Assembly (NCBI GenBank): GCA_963699165.1
Contig: OY969413.1
Coordinates: 141,984 to 205,983 of the forward strand
Source of the DNA: Candidatus Kaiserbacteria bacterium
GTDB taxonomy: Bacteria; Patescibacteriota; Minisyncoccia; Phycocordibacterales; Phycocordibacteraceae
Direction: 5' to 3'
DNA: 64,000 nt
The notes under the pieces were generated by a model. That model was given only the letters and a program-made list of their open reading frames with translations, ran no database searches and had not been told where the DNA came from. Shown here piece after piece: positions 28,564 to 38,149 of the stretch. The position numbers were made by a program, and so were the translations under genes. Position 1 is the first letter of the stretch. Each line of letters begins with the position of its first letter.

Positions 28564-29643
28564 TGTACGCGTCCAGTACTTTTGGCAGTCCCCGACGGTT
28601 AATGTACACACAATATACCGCAAGGGGGACACCATGCCGAGCGACTGGTGCGGGCGTTTGGTGTTGTACCAGATCAGCCAGTCGACAAGCTTCAGATTGA
28701 AGGAATGAATATCGTCCCGCAGCAGGCCCCGATTCAGCATGATGAAGTCCTCGGAGACGGTGCGATTGAATCGTTCGACGTGGGCATTCATCTTGGGAGT
28801 GCGGGGGCGGGTGTGAAAGTGCGTGAGCCCGAGTTCGGCACAGGCATCCTCGAAGTGTTTGGCGAACTCGCTCCCGTTGTCGGTCTGCAACTCGTCGATA
28901 TCGAAGGGGCAAACCTCGATGACTCGGCGAAGGAAGTCGTCCGCGCTTCTCGACGAGTGGTTCGTATACGCGCCCGCAAAGGCGAACTTCCGCTCCACGT
29001 CCACTGCCGTGAGGACGTACCGCTTCACGCCGTCGATGAAGCGGACGACGGTATCGAGCTCCATGCCGCGCTTGCCGGTGCGGCGAAGCTTGGTACGGCG
29101 TTTCTGCGGTGTTTCCGTGTGATTGCCCGTACGTGCGTGGAACGAGAGCCGGCTCTGCTGCGGGAGCAGACCGCGGTTCTTCAAATCCAGAATGACCCGC
29201 CCAACGTATGACTCCGACACGGAGTACCCTTCTTCGCGCAGGAGAACGGCAAGCTTTGCTTTCCCAAGCCGGGGATGCGCCTGTCGTTCGCGGATGATGA
29301 AATCCTCGACCTCGGGCAGAACAGTCCTCCTTCGACGCGCCTTCGGCGCAGTGCTCTTCGGGTCAAGTGCATCAATGCGGCCCTCGTGGGCTTTGAGTTC
29401 CTCCTTCCAGCGATACAAGGTGCGCTCCGAGGTGCCAAAGGCGTCGTATGCGGCCTCCGTCCCGTGCATGTCCCAGAATCCCAATATCTTCACCCGTCTG
29501 TCGACTTCCTTTGGTTTCCGCATATGCCGCAATCGTATCGTCCTTTCCCACATGCTCAACCAGCCCTTCGTACCCCTGAAATTGCTTCTGATGTGCATAT
29601 ATCCTCGGTTATGAGGACTGCCAAATGTATCTGAACTTATGCA
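28564..29643 (-). mobile_element. IS481-like element copy 3
   Basis: Near-identical to copy 1; TSD CGACA at 28559-28563 and 29644-29648; transposase 28555-29598 ends ...TRT-CR*. Confidence 0.95.
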
Positions 29644-29696
29644 CGACAACGTGTTGGACGCGGGACAATTTCCTCACATCTGATATGTTTTCTGGA

Positions 29697-30242
29697 ATGA
29701 AAGAAGCGGAAATGCTGCTGGAAGGGAAGATGGGCGTGATTCCGACGGATACGATTTACGGGCTTGTTGCGTCGGCGCGCGACGGCGAAGCCGTCGCGCG
29801 CGTCTACACCCTCAAAGGCCGCACGCCCGCAAAGCCCTGTATCATTCTCATTTCTTCGCTTGGCGACCTCGCGGAATTCGGCATCTCGTTGACTCCCGAG
29901 CGCGAAAAAATCCTGTCGGAGTATTGGCCGGGGCCGGTCAGCATCGCGATGAAATGCGGCACTGACGTGCCGGAATATTTACACCGCGGCACGCACACGC
30001 TGGTGTTTCGGTTGCCGAGCGATGATCGGCTTGTTGATTTACTGAAAAAAGCGGGCCCGCTCATTGCGCCGAGCGCAAATCCCGAAGGGCAACCACCCGC
30101 AGCAACAATCGACGAGGCAAAAAAATATTTCGGCGGCAACGTTGACTTTTATGTGGACGGCGGAATTCTTGATGGCGCGCCGTCGACTCTGGTTTCATCG
30201 GACGAGCAAAACACGATTGCTGTTTTGCGCAAAGGCAGATAA
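29697..30242 (+). CDS. tsaC: Threonylcarbamoyl-AMP synthase (TsaC/Sua5/YrdC)
   Basis: PTDTIYGL, KGR..KP, WPGP, APSAN, PSTLV. Confidence 0.92.
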   Translation: MKEAEMLLEGKMGVIPTDTIYGLVASARDGEAVARVYTLKGRTPAKPCIILISSLGDLAEFGISLTPEREKILSEYWPGPVSIAMKCGTDVPEYLHRGTHTLVFRLPSDDRLVDLLKKAGPLIAPSANPEGQPPAATIDEAKKYFGGNVDFYVDGGILDGAPSTLVSSDEQNTIAVLRKGR

Positions 30243-30308
30243 TCGTTTTCTGGACAAAAAGTCAGCCCCGTCGCAGTACGAGGGGCCTAACTTTTTGCTT
30301 CCACATTT

Positions 30309-30767
30309 TTAATTGAATCGGCAGCTTTTGAATACGCTGCCCATGCCATGTCGGATTTCACCCCGTTCCCAGTCAAGGAAAATGAAGAATTCCAAGAACT
30401 TCAATAGAACCGGTGACTCCAGATGCAATTGGTAAAGAAAGATCTCTTGTGTGAGGTTTGCCAGTTCATGCCAGGGCTGATAGCGGCAAGTTTCGATTGC
30501 TCCCTCGCACGAATGTTTTTGAGTTTCGAGCAATTCCGCCAGAAATAAATACAGTTTTCCGGATACCCGACACCCATGGCCGGTCGCGTTTATTGGAATC
30601 GAACCGTAGGGGATGCTTTTCAATCTCCATAAGAAGTTCAAAAAATTCTTCCTATCCTCTGCCGAATAATTTTGCACAAACGCTCCTGTTTCGAAAGATT
30701 TGGAGATGTACTCTCCATGAGAATACCCTATCACCCGAGGGCCGGCAGGTCTATCGTTCGTGTGCAT
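30309..30767 (-). CDS. Orphan protein
   Basis: AT-richer ORF followed by terminator 30256-30297. Confidence 0.45.
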   Translation of the reverse strand: MHTNDRPAGPRVIGYSHGEYISKSFETGAFVQNYSAEDRKNFLNFLWRLKSIPYGSIPINATGHGCRVSGKLYLFLAELLETQKHSCEGAIETCRYQPWHELANLTQEIFLYQLHLESPVLLKFLEFFIFLDWERGEIRHGMGSVFKSCRFN

Positions 30768-30812
30768 ACCGAAAAGCTGCCGCACCGGGAAGGACGGCAG
30801 CTTCGAACATCT

Positions 30813-31070
30813 TTATCGCCGCGGCGATTCTTCTGCCAGCGGTTCGGGCAAGGGCCGCACCATGTAGAGTTCCGAACATTCCATAACCCGCTGGCCGATC
30901 ATAATCCGAAGCGGCGGACCCCATTCTCCCGAAGGGTTTGGACAACGGTCGTTTTCATCGATGATGTCTCCCGGAACAAGCATGATTCCGTACAGAACTG
31001 CGCCGCTGCGGTGATGGAAATGTTTCGTCGGTTTGAGCACGCACGCCTCCTCGATGCGATGGAATCCCAA
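30813..31070 (-). CDS. Orphan protein
   Basis: 85-aa ORF, TTG start; weak support. Confidence 0.3.
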   Translation of the reverse strand: MGFHRIEEACVLKPTKHFHHRSGAVLYGIMLVPGDIIDENDRCPNPSGEWGPPLRIMIGQRVMECSELYMVRPLPEPLAEESPRR

Positions 31071-31193
31071 AATGGGTAAAAAACTTCCGAATACGATTAT
31101 GCCGCAAGCCCAATGAATTTATTTTGAAATTGTCGGTATAAAAACAGAAAGCCCGCTGCGAAGCAGGGGACCTTCTGCTCGCGGCGGGCTGTC

Positions 31194-31541
31194 TTAAAAT
31201 CCTTCGTCTTCGATGCTTTCTGGATATTCAATCTCGGCTGCTATAGAGGGAGCTTTCCCTATTTGTTGCTCCTGTGTATCCACAAGAACCGCAATATGAA
31301 GATGGTCTCTTGCCTCTGCCGACGTTGCGTACGGGACGGTCAGTATCTGGCGATGGCATTTCTTGCCGGCCATGACGTTCTTAAAAACCACGAACGCAGT
31401 GATGTGTGCATCGATTTGACCGATGTTATAGACAGGGAACGGTTTGCACGCCTCGTTATCCCTGAATTTTGGCGTCCCGAGTGGCGGGACCACGACGATC
31501 TCCGTTAGGAGAAACAGCGCCGCAAGAAATGCGGAATTCAT
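31194..31541 (-). CDS. Orphan secreted protein (cassette)
   Basis: GAGGAGG SD, hydrophobic N-terminus, terminator 31145-31194. Confidence 0.55.
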   Translation of the reverse strand: MNSAFLAALFLLTEIVVVPPLGTPKFRDNEACKPFPVYNIGQIDAHITAFVVFKNVMAGKKCHRQILTVPYATSAEARDHLHIAVLVDTQEQQIGKAPSIAAEIEYPESIEDEGF

Positions 31542-31643
31542 ACACGCCTCCTCGGAACCATGTTCCACCACAAAACTATCACCTTGTCCCGCTTTATACA
31601 ATGGTCCAGAGTGCACAACTTTTTCGGATGCTACACTCTGCGC

Positions 31644-31760
31644 ATGTTCATACAAGCCGTCAGAATTTTTCTTTTCATACTTATCATCGTCGGCATCGGA
31701 CTTTTGTGTACGCAAAATCTTTGGGTGCCGGGATTGGTGAATTGGATTTTGGCGCATTAA
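31644..31760 (+). CDS. Small membrane protein (38 aa)
   Basis: -10 TACACT 6 nt before ATG; single TM, TQNLWVPGLV. Confidence 0.55.
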   Translation: MFIQAVRIFLFILIIVGIGLLCTQNLWVPGLVNWILAH

Positions 31761-31797
31761 GTATTCCCAAAAAAAGACGCCCGCAGGTTGCGGGCGT

Positions 31798-32427
31798 TTA
31801 GGAAACCGGCTTGCCGTCCGGTCGCCACTCAGCCATTGCTTCGTGGATTTTCTCTTCGATAATATTTGCGTACGAACGCCACGGCTCGCCGTGTTCCCGC
31901 AGTGCGGGAATGAGGATTGGCAGATGGAACGCCATCGTTTCCTCAAGCTGATCTGACCTTTTTTGTTCAGTGCAGCCGTAAAGCGTGCGAAGGTTGTGCA
32001 AACGGTCGCACAACTTCGCGAGAATCGCTATCGGTCCCGCGGCCACGATTCTGCCAAGATATTTCTCGGTAGTTTCTTTCCCTCGGGGCAATTTCGTAAG
32101 CGCGACCACATACAAAGCGATTTCTTTGCCGAAATTAAGCGCAATTCTGTATGGCGACATCAAATCGGCATTTTCCTCGATGTCATGCAACAAGATCGTG
32201 ATTGCCACATCGGGATCACGACCATTCAGCTCGTAAGTATAGATCCACGTGGCCGACTTCGGATGGTCGAAATACCTGCTTCCGTCATCTCGCGTTTGTT
32301 GCGCATGGCCATGTTTCGAAACGATGTAAGCATATCTGATGCGCTCGAAGTCGGCCGGGTCGAGCAGTGCAAACGGCGCAAGGAAGAGTTCACGTCCGGG
32401 AGGACGTGGTCGAGGATTATCTCTCAC
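31798..32427 (-). CDS. Stand-alone HD-domain (p)ppGpp hydrolase-like protein (SAH/Mesh1-type)
   Basis: HGHAQQTRDDGSRYFDHP, LLHDIEEN, ALTK, KLCDRLHNLR; AAAGGAG SD. Confidence 0.85.
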   Translation of the reverse strand: MRDNPRPRPPGRELFLAPFALLDPADFERIRYAYIVSKHGHAQQTRDDGSRYFDHPKSATWIYTYELNGRDPDVAITILLHDIEENADLMSPYRIALNFGKEIALYVVALTKLPRGKETTEKYLGRIVAAGPIAILAKLCDRLHNLRTLYGCTEQKRSDQLEETMAFHLPILIPALREHGEPWRSYANIIEEKIHEAMAEWRPDGKPVS

Positions 32428-32566
32428 GATTCGTCTCCTTTCGTGAAAAGGTCAAATGCTGCTTCAAATAACGCTCCGGCGGTAATAAATCATTAAATCG
32501 AAGAACAGTCAATCGTCGTCTCCGTCTCCGCACCAAAGAATCGGCAAATTCGTATATACTCCCAAC

Positions 32567-33502
32567 ATGCCATCGCTATCCGTCGTCGTGCCGGTCTACA
32601 ACGAGGAGAAAAATGTGAGAGATTTGCACGCGGAAATCGTCGCCACGCTTCGGCATTTGAAATACAAGAGCGAAATTATTTTCGTGAACGACGGCAGCAC
32701 CGACGGAACTCTCGCTGCGCTGAAGTCGCTCAAAGGCGTCACCATTCTCAATCTCAATCGCAATTACGGGCAGGCAACGGCGCTCGACGCGGGCTTTAAG
32801 GCGGCGGAAGGCGACGTCATCGTGTCGCTCGACGGTGACGGGCAAAATGACCCGCGCGACATCCCGCTGCTCGTACATGCCCTCGAAGAAAAGCACGTCG
32901 ATGTCATCGCCGGATGGCGCAAAAATCGGAAGGATGAAGCGGACATCCGCATGCTTACGCGCATCGGCCGGCAGTTGCGGAAATCGTTTATCAGCGACCC
33001 GATTCACGATTCGGGCTGCACGCTCCGCGCATACACGAACGAGGCGGTGAAAAGTTTGGACATCGGCGGCGAGATGCACCGCTACATTCTCGCGCTATTG
33101 CGCTGGAAGGGTTTTAGCATTGCGGAAGTCGAGGTGAATCACCGCGAACGTGTGAACGGCGTAAGCAAATACAATTCGCAAAAAGCGGCACGCGGATTTA
33201 TCGACTTACTGTATATATGGTTCATTCATAAATATTCCCAGCGGCCGCTGCATTTGTTCGGCTATTTGAGCTTCTTTTCATTTTTCTGCGGCATTCTTGC
33301 GGCGGCGTGGACGCTCTACAATTCCATCTATTTGGGCATTCACTTCGCCCGCGACGTCTGGGTTGTCGTCGCATTCTTTTTCTTTCTTTCGGCCATGCTG
33401 TTTTTTTGCTTCGGCATCGTCATCGATTTGCTCATCCGCATCCATCTCAACATTTCTCCGTACGAGAAGCGGTATTACATCCGTGATACGATAAAAACAT
33501 AA
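32567..33502 (+). CDS. GT2 polyprenol-phosphate glycosyltransferase (ArnC/GtrB-like)
   Basis: VVPVYNEE, NDGSTD, DGDGQNDP, two C-terminal TMs. Confidence 0.92.
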   Translation: MPSLSVVVPVYNEEKNVRDLHAEIVATLRHLKYKSEIIFVNDGSTDGTLAALKSLKGVTILNLNRNYGQATALDAGFKAAEGDVIVSLDGDGQNDPRDIPLLVHALEEKHVDVIAGWRKNRKDEADIRMLTRIGRQLRKSFISDPIHDSGCTLRAYTNEAVKSLDIGGEMHRYILALLRWKGFSIAEVEVNHRERVNGVSKYNSQKAARGFIDLLYIWFIHKYSQRPLHLFGYLSFFSFFCGILAAAWTLYNSIYLGIHFARDVWVVVAFFFFLSAMLFFCFGIVIDLLIRIHLNISPYEKRYYIRDTIKT

Positions 33503-33503
33503 T

Positions 33504-33752
33504 ATGCAACTCGATTACGTCTGGCTGTTCATCGGATTCTTGGGACAGGGCATTTTCTTTTTGCGGTTCATCGTGCAGTGGTGGATGTCCGAAAAGGAGA
33601 AAAAAGTCGTCATCCCGAAAAGTTTTTGGTATTTGAGCATCGCGGGCACGATTGTCATCCTCGTTTATTCGATTCACATACATGACATCGTTTTCATCAC
33701 CGCGCAAGTACTTTCGCTGTTTATCTATGTCCGTAACATGTCGTTTGCGTAG
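33504..33752 (+). CDS. LAB_N (lipid-A-disaccharide synthase N-terminal-like) small membrane protein
   Basis: GFLGQ.IFFLRFIVQW..SEK.KK.VIP..FWYLS. Confidence 0.85.
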   Translation: MQLDYVWLFIGFLGQGIFFLRFIVQWWMSEKEKKVVIPKSFWYLSIAGTIVILVYSIHIHDIVFITAQVLSLFIYVRNMSFA

Positions 33753-35186
33753 TCAGAGCGTCTGAAAAAGCGTGACCTGAGTTCCCGCATAGAGCGTCTT
33801 GAAAGCGGCGTCCGGAAAATCTTTAGAAAGCGTGCTCGTGGCATCGGAGCCGACGACGAGGAAACTTCCGCTTTCCGGTTTGTAGCCCGGCTCCAAATCA
33901 AGCGCGTGTAAATTTTGGCCGTAAAACTTTATGTCGCCGAGATTGTCTTCCTTGTAAATGTAGAGCGGCGCCGTTCCTTCGCGGTCGGCGAGCGTTTGTC
34001 CGACGATTTTCTCTTCGTTCGCGAGCTGCAGCTCGGTCGAATAATACGGATTGATGTGATACGCGTTGTATACGCAAAACGGCACGGCGTACGCAACGAG
34101 AATGACGGCGGCGAGCGCCGGGATGAAGCGGGTTTGCTGAAGTGAAAAAAGTTTTGAGGCAACAACGCCGACGGCGAGCGCTGCAAAAGGATACAATGGA
34201 ACGAGATACGTCGGCGCTTTGGTGACGGCGCCGAAATAGACGGCGACCATAGAAACGATTGTGCCAAGAAATGCAACGACAGCCGCGCGTTCATTTTTTT
34301 GGCTCTTGTTCCACCAAAAAGGTATCGAAGCAAGCGCGGCAAAAAAAACCCATAGCCACGGCGCGGCAAATTGGCCGAGATACGAAATGTAATCGCCATT
34401 CGTAATGGTGACGGTCCAGAAAAGATTCTGCTGCGCGCGGGCGATGACCTCCGTGCCGATGTAGCTTTGCCAGAACGCGTTTCCAAAGCGCAGCGTTTCG
34501 TATATATGCCAGGGCAGAACGACAAGGAGAAAGACACCGATACCTACCCAAAAATATTTGTTTTTAAGCCAATCGAATCGTCGGAGAAAAAGGGCGATAC
34601 AGAGGGCGAATACGCCTGCGAACACGGCGATGACGCTTTTCGAAAGGACGGCAAGTCCCGCCGCAAATCCGAAAAGCAAGAACCAGCGAGGATTGGCGAG
34701 CGCGCGGAAGAAAAAATATGCCGTAAGCACGATGAACAGCGAAACGAGCACGTCGAATCGCGACTCGCGCGCCGTTTCGAGAAAGGGCGCCGTGGTCGCA
34801 AGCGCCGCGCCCGCAAGCGCCGCGCCGTACCAATTTCCCGAAACCTCATACGCAAAGAGCATGGCAACCGCGATGAGTGCAATGCCCGCAAGTGCCGACG
34901 GGAGCCGCGCCGCCGCTTCGACGCTCGGCGTCAATTCTTCCGACACGCCGATAAGCCAGAAAAGAAGAGGCGGTTTTTTGAAATACGGCTGATGGTTGTA
35001 GGTGAAGGAAAGGAAATCGTGATTTACAAACGCTTCGTGAACCACTTCCGCATAGGTCGCCTCGTCGTAATCCTGAAGGGGCTCTCGTCCGAGATGGTAC
35101 AAAAAAAGTACGGACGCGCCGAGCAAAACGAACGCAGCGAGCGTTATGCCGAGTGTTTCGCGAACATCCATTCCGGTATGAGCCAT
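33753..35186 (-). CDS. ArnT/PMT-family (GT-C) membrane glycosyltransferase
   Basis: DYDEATY, KPPLLFW, ARLPSAL, multiple TMs. Confidence 0.9.
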   Translation of the reverse strand: MAHTGMDVRETLGITLAAFVLLGASVLFLYHLGREPLQDYDEATYAEVVHEAFVNHDFLSFTYNHQPYFKKPPLLFWLIGVSEELTPSVEAAARLPSALAGIALIAVAMLFAYEVSGNWYGAALAGAALATTAPFLETARESRFDVLVSLFIVLTAYFFFRALANPRWFLLFGFAAGLAVLSKSVIAVFAGVFALCIALFLRRFDWLKNKYFWVGIGVFLLVVLPWHIYETLRFGNAFWQSYIGTEVIARAQQNLFWTVTITNGDYISYLGQFAAPWLWVFFAALASIPFWWNKSQKNERAAVVAFLGTIVSMVAVYFGAVTKAPTYLVPLYPFAALAVGVVASKLFSLQQTRFIPALAAVILVAYAVPFCVYNAYHINPYYSTELQLANEEKIVGQTLADREGTAPLYIYKEDNLGDIKFYGQNLHALDLEPGYKPESGSFLVVGSDATSTLSKDFPDAAFKTLYAGTQVTLFQTL

Positions 35187-35957
35187 TGCGTTTGAGTATA
35201 CCGCGACGGCGATTGGGGCAGCAGTATCGCCTAAAAAAATTGAAGAGCGGTGGAATCGGATTCCACCGCTCTGTTGCTGTCTGCAGCCGTCTCCTGCTCT
35301 TATGCCTCCGTGCAACGGAGAATTTGCCGGAAGCCGAGGCCCATGTCCCTCACGGGTTTGCAACCTCAAATGAGGCGTTTCGTTTATCGCACGTTCATGC
35401 TAACACAACGCGGGAAGTTTGCATGAAGTTTTCAACGATGAAAAATGTCCGGGTGCCGTGCAAAAGAAAGAATCGCCCGACGTGTCGAGCCATTCTTTAG
35501 GGTGTGTTTGTGCGAATTAGTAATCCGCCCATCGCCCCCCGTTTAACTCAAAGAACTTCTCCTGCCGCTCAGCTTCCTTTGTAGCCAGAGCGAAGAGATG
35601 CGATCGGAAATCTTCATCGGGCGGGTTTAGAGAATCGCGAGGGAAGTTTCCGATGTCTCTTCGGACGGTTAACAATCTCAGGCGATCGTCGCACGATGGC
35701 CGCTCGGGCGGACTTGCTATTATGGCGAGCAGATTTTGTGCCAGTGATGCAAGCAGGGGGTCCGTACCCCTTCAATTCTCCTTTCCGGCCCTGCCTGTTC
35801 AAAGAAGTATCATCAAATGCCGTGCCAGTCCAATTTTTAGTCGCGCACCTTAGGGCTGAAGGGATGATTACGGTATATCTTTCGTAGCATAACAAATATT
35901 ACGTCAAATGCTTGACTTTTCGGGCGGGAGGTTTATGGTGATGAGCGGACCCACAAA

Positions 35958-37018
35958 GGCACCCAAACCCCTCAATTCGAACGACGGTTTTTTGCGCTCC
36001 TCTGAGCGCGTTGTTTCTTTTCCGCAGCATACGCCTCATCTGGCGTGAGTGAACCGAGCACATCCATGAAGCGGCGATTCATCTTTGCTTCGAGTTTCTG
36101 CACAAATCTTTTTGAATACTTTGAAATATCCGAGCTTTTCGGGATGTACCGCCGCAAGTCCTTGTTCAGATTCTCGATTGATGGCTTCTCCCATGGCGCA
36201 TGCACATGACAGAAATATATCTTCACCCCAAGCACCTTCTCTAGCCGTTTGTGTTCGAGAAAGAGAATATCGTTGTCGAATGTGATGGTCTGCATCTCGG
36301 GATACCGCTTTTTCATTCTGCGAAGCGCTCGCTCCACGTTTCGCACTGACACTGGCAGGATCCGCTCCAGCAGGTTTTTGCGCACCCTGCGATCCCGCAG
36401 ACCAAGAATGATGCCTTGACCGCTCTTGCCCGACACGATGAAGTCGCCCTCCATGTGACCCAATCCCCATCGCTTGTTGATTTTGCTCGGTCGTTTGTCG
36501 ATCAGGCGCTTGTCGGCAATGTGTGGTTTCGATGGCCGAGAGCGTCGCCTCTTCTTGAATACCTTTGCTCGATGCGACTCGATCCGTCTGCCATACGGGC
36601 TCTTGATATATCGGCGTATAGCCGAGGATGAAGCATATCCGATATCCTTCTCGATCCGCTTCAATCGAAGTGAGATGTTTTCGGGCGACTGATCGTCGAA
36701 GAGATGCGCCTCGATGAACTTCCGGAGCTTCGGGTCGAGAGCAATCATCTTGCCGACCGCTCGGCTGTATTTCCTTCGTACGTATGAAATGTGATGCGCA
36801 TATGCAGCATCATACGGCCGTCCCTTCCTCTTCTTTTGCGTCTCGTACCATATGACACTCTTCGGTCGGTCGAGTGCATCTCCGACATCTTGCAAAGAGT
36901 ATCCCTTCGCTAACAGTATCTGTATTTCGTCTCGTTCGGACCTTGTGAAGTGCGCACCGCCGGAGGTTTTTTCATTCGCTCAATGTATCAAACGTTCGAA
37001 TTCAAAAGACCAGTCGCC
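35958..37018 (-). mobile_element. IS30-family element copy B
   Basis: Near-identical to copy A; TSD AAA. Confidence 0.92.
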
Positions 37019-37064
37019 AAATGCCGGATCCTTTCCGGCTATCTTTTGACAGGAAGGAATCAGA

Positions 37065-37904
37065 ATGAACTTCGGGAAAGTAGGGAAAGCCCTGGCGTTG
37101 GCCGCGCTGGCTGCAATGCTCGCCCAGCCGGCGCTCGCATGCAAAACCCAACCGCCTTCGCACGGCGGCACCGTGAACAACGGCGGCCAAGGTGGCGAGG
37201 GCGGACAGGGCGGGCAAGGTGGCACGGGCATCGGGTACGGTGGCGCTGGCGGAGCCGGTGGTGCCGGAGGGAACGGGTACGGAGGCGAGGGTGGAAACGG
37301 GTATGGTGGGAGCTCCTCATCATCCTCTTCTTCCTTAGCGACGGGAGGAAGCGCGAACGCGGCAGGTGGTTCGGCAACCCTGTACGGCGGTTCGTATATC
37401 CAGATCCCCAACTTCCCTCAAGCACCCGGCGGTTGCGCAGGTTCAGACACCGTGTCGGTACAGGGCGGAGTCATGGGGAGTACGGGCATCGGGACCCAAC
37501 CCGTGCCGTACGGAGGTGTTGCCTGGTCCAAAACGTTCAACGGCCCAAAAATGACTCCGGAGCTGTGCGCAAACCGCACCATTGTGTATGTGACGAACAA
37601 CTATACGATGCCTCCGGCAGCCCCGGCGCCGGAAGCCAAGGTCGTGTTCGTTCCGATCACGCGGGAGAAGGTCGTGTATGTGCATGACACGAACTGCCCA
37701 GCACTGGTTGCATATCCAGAGTTGGCCGCCGACAAGGCACAGATCTACGGTCTCGCCAAATCGCATCGATACTGGAATCATGCCGATTTGGTAGCAGTGA
37801 CACGGCTGTGGAAGCACGGCTACATATGCGGGGTCAGCCTGCTCAAGATCATCGATGATTCCAAAGCTCTCGCATCCTATCTGGATCAGCACCCGATCCA
37901 GTAG
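37065..37904 (+). CDS. Secreted glycine-rich protein
   Basis: SD GGAAGGA, signal peptide, GGxGG repeats, terminator 37920-37970. Confidence 0.75.
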   Translation: MNFGKVGKALALAALAAMLAQPALACKTQPPSHGGTVNNGGQGGEGGQGGQGGTGIGYGGAGGAGGAGGNGYGGEGGNGYGGSSSSSSSSLATGGSANAAGGSATLYGGSYIQIPNFPQAPGGCAGSDTVSVQGGVMGSTGIGTQPVPYGGVAWSKTFNGPKMTPELCANRTIVYVTNNYTMPPAAPAPEAKVVFVPITREKVVYVHDTNCPALVAYPELAADKAQIYGLAKSHRYWNHADLVAVTRLWKHGYICGVSLLKIIDDSKALASYLDQHPIQ

Positions 37905-38149
37905 CAGGCCCCACGTCCGCGGGCGGGTTCCATTCCGATGGAACCCGCCCGCCCGGCGGGGTTTTTTGTTTTATCGAGCAACACTATTTTGTAACAAGCC
38001 GCCCGATGCCGCGTCTATTGTGTCGGGCGCAAGGCGCGCACAGCTTCGCCGTTGCATTGCAGAAACTATAACGGCATACTTATGCTGCGAAGCCGTGTCG
38101 CCCTTGCGCTTCGCATTTATCAGCGTCAATACCGTAATCATTACAGCGC

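Noticed and set aside
32473-32484. GCTCCGGCGGTA matches the tRNA-Asn 3' end (54375-54386), a possible second att site bounding a 22-kb island
   Set aside because: Only 12 bp and GC-rich; the intervening genes look host-like; cannot be distinguished from chance
35515-35895. Protein-like minus-strand frame (...DDRLRLLTVRRDIG...RWADY*)
   Set aside because: No start codon after upstream TGA stops and no recognisable motif; at most a decayed orphan
37180-37320. GGC/GGT-rich repeats as a DNA repeat array
   Set aside because: They encode Gly-rich GGxGG protein repeats with synonymous variation
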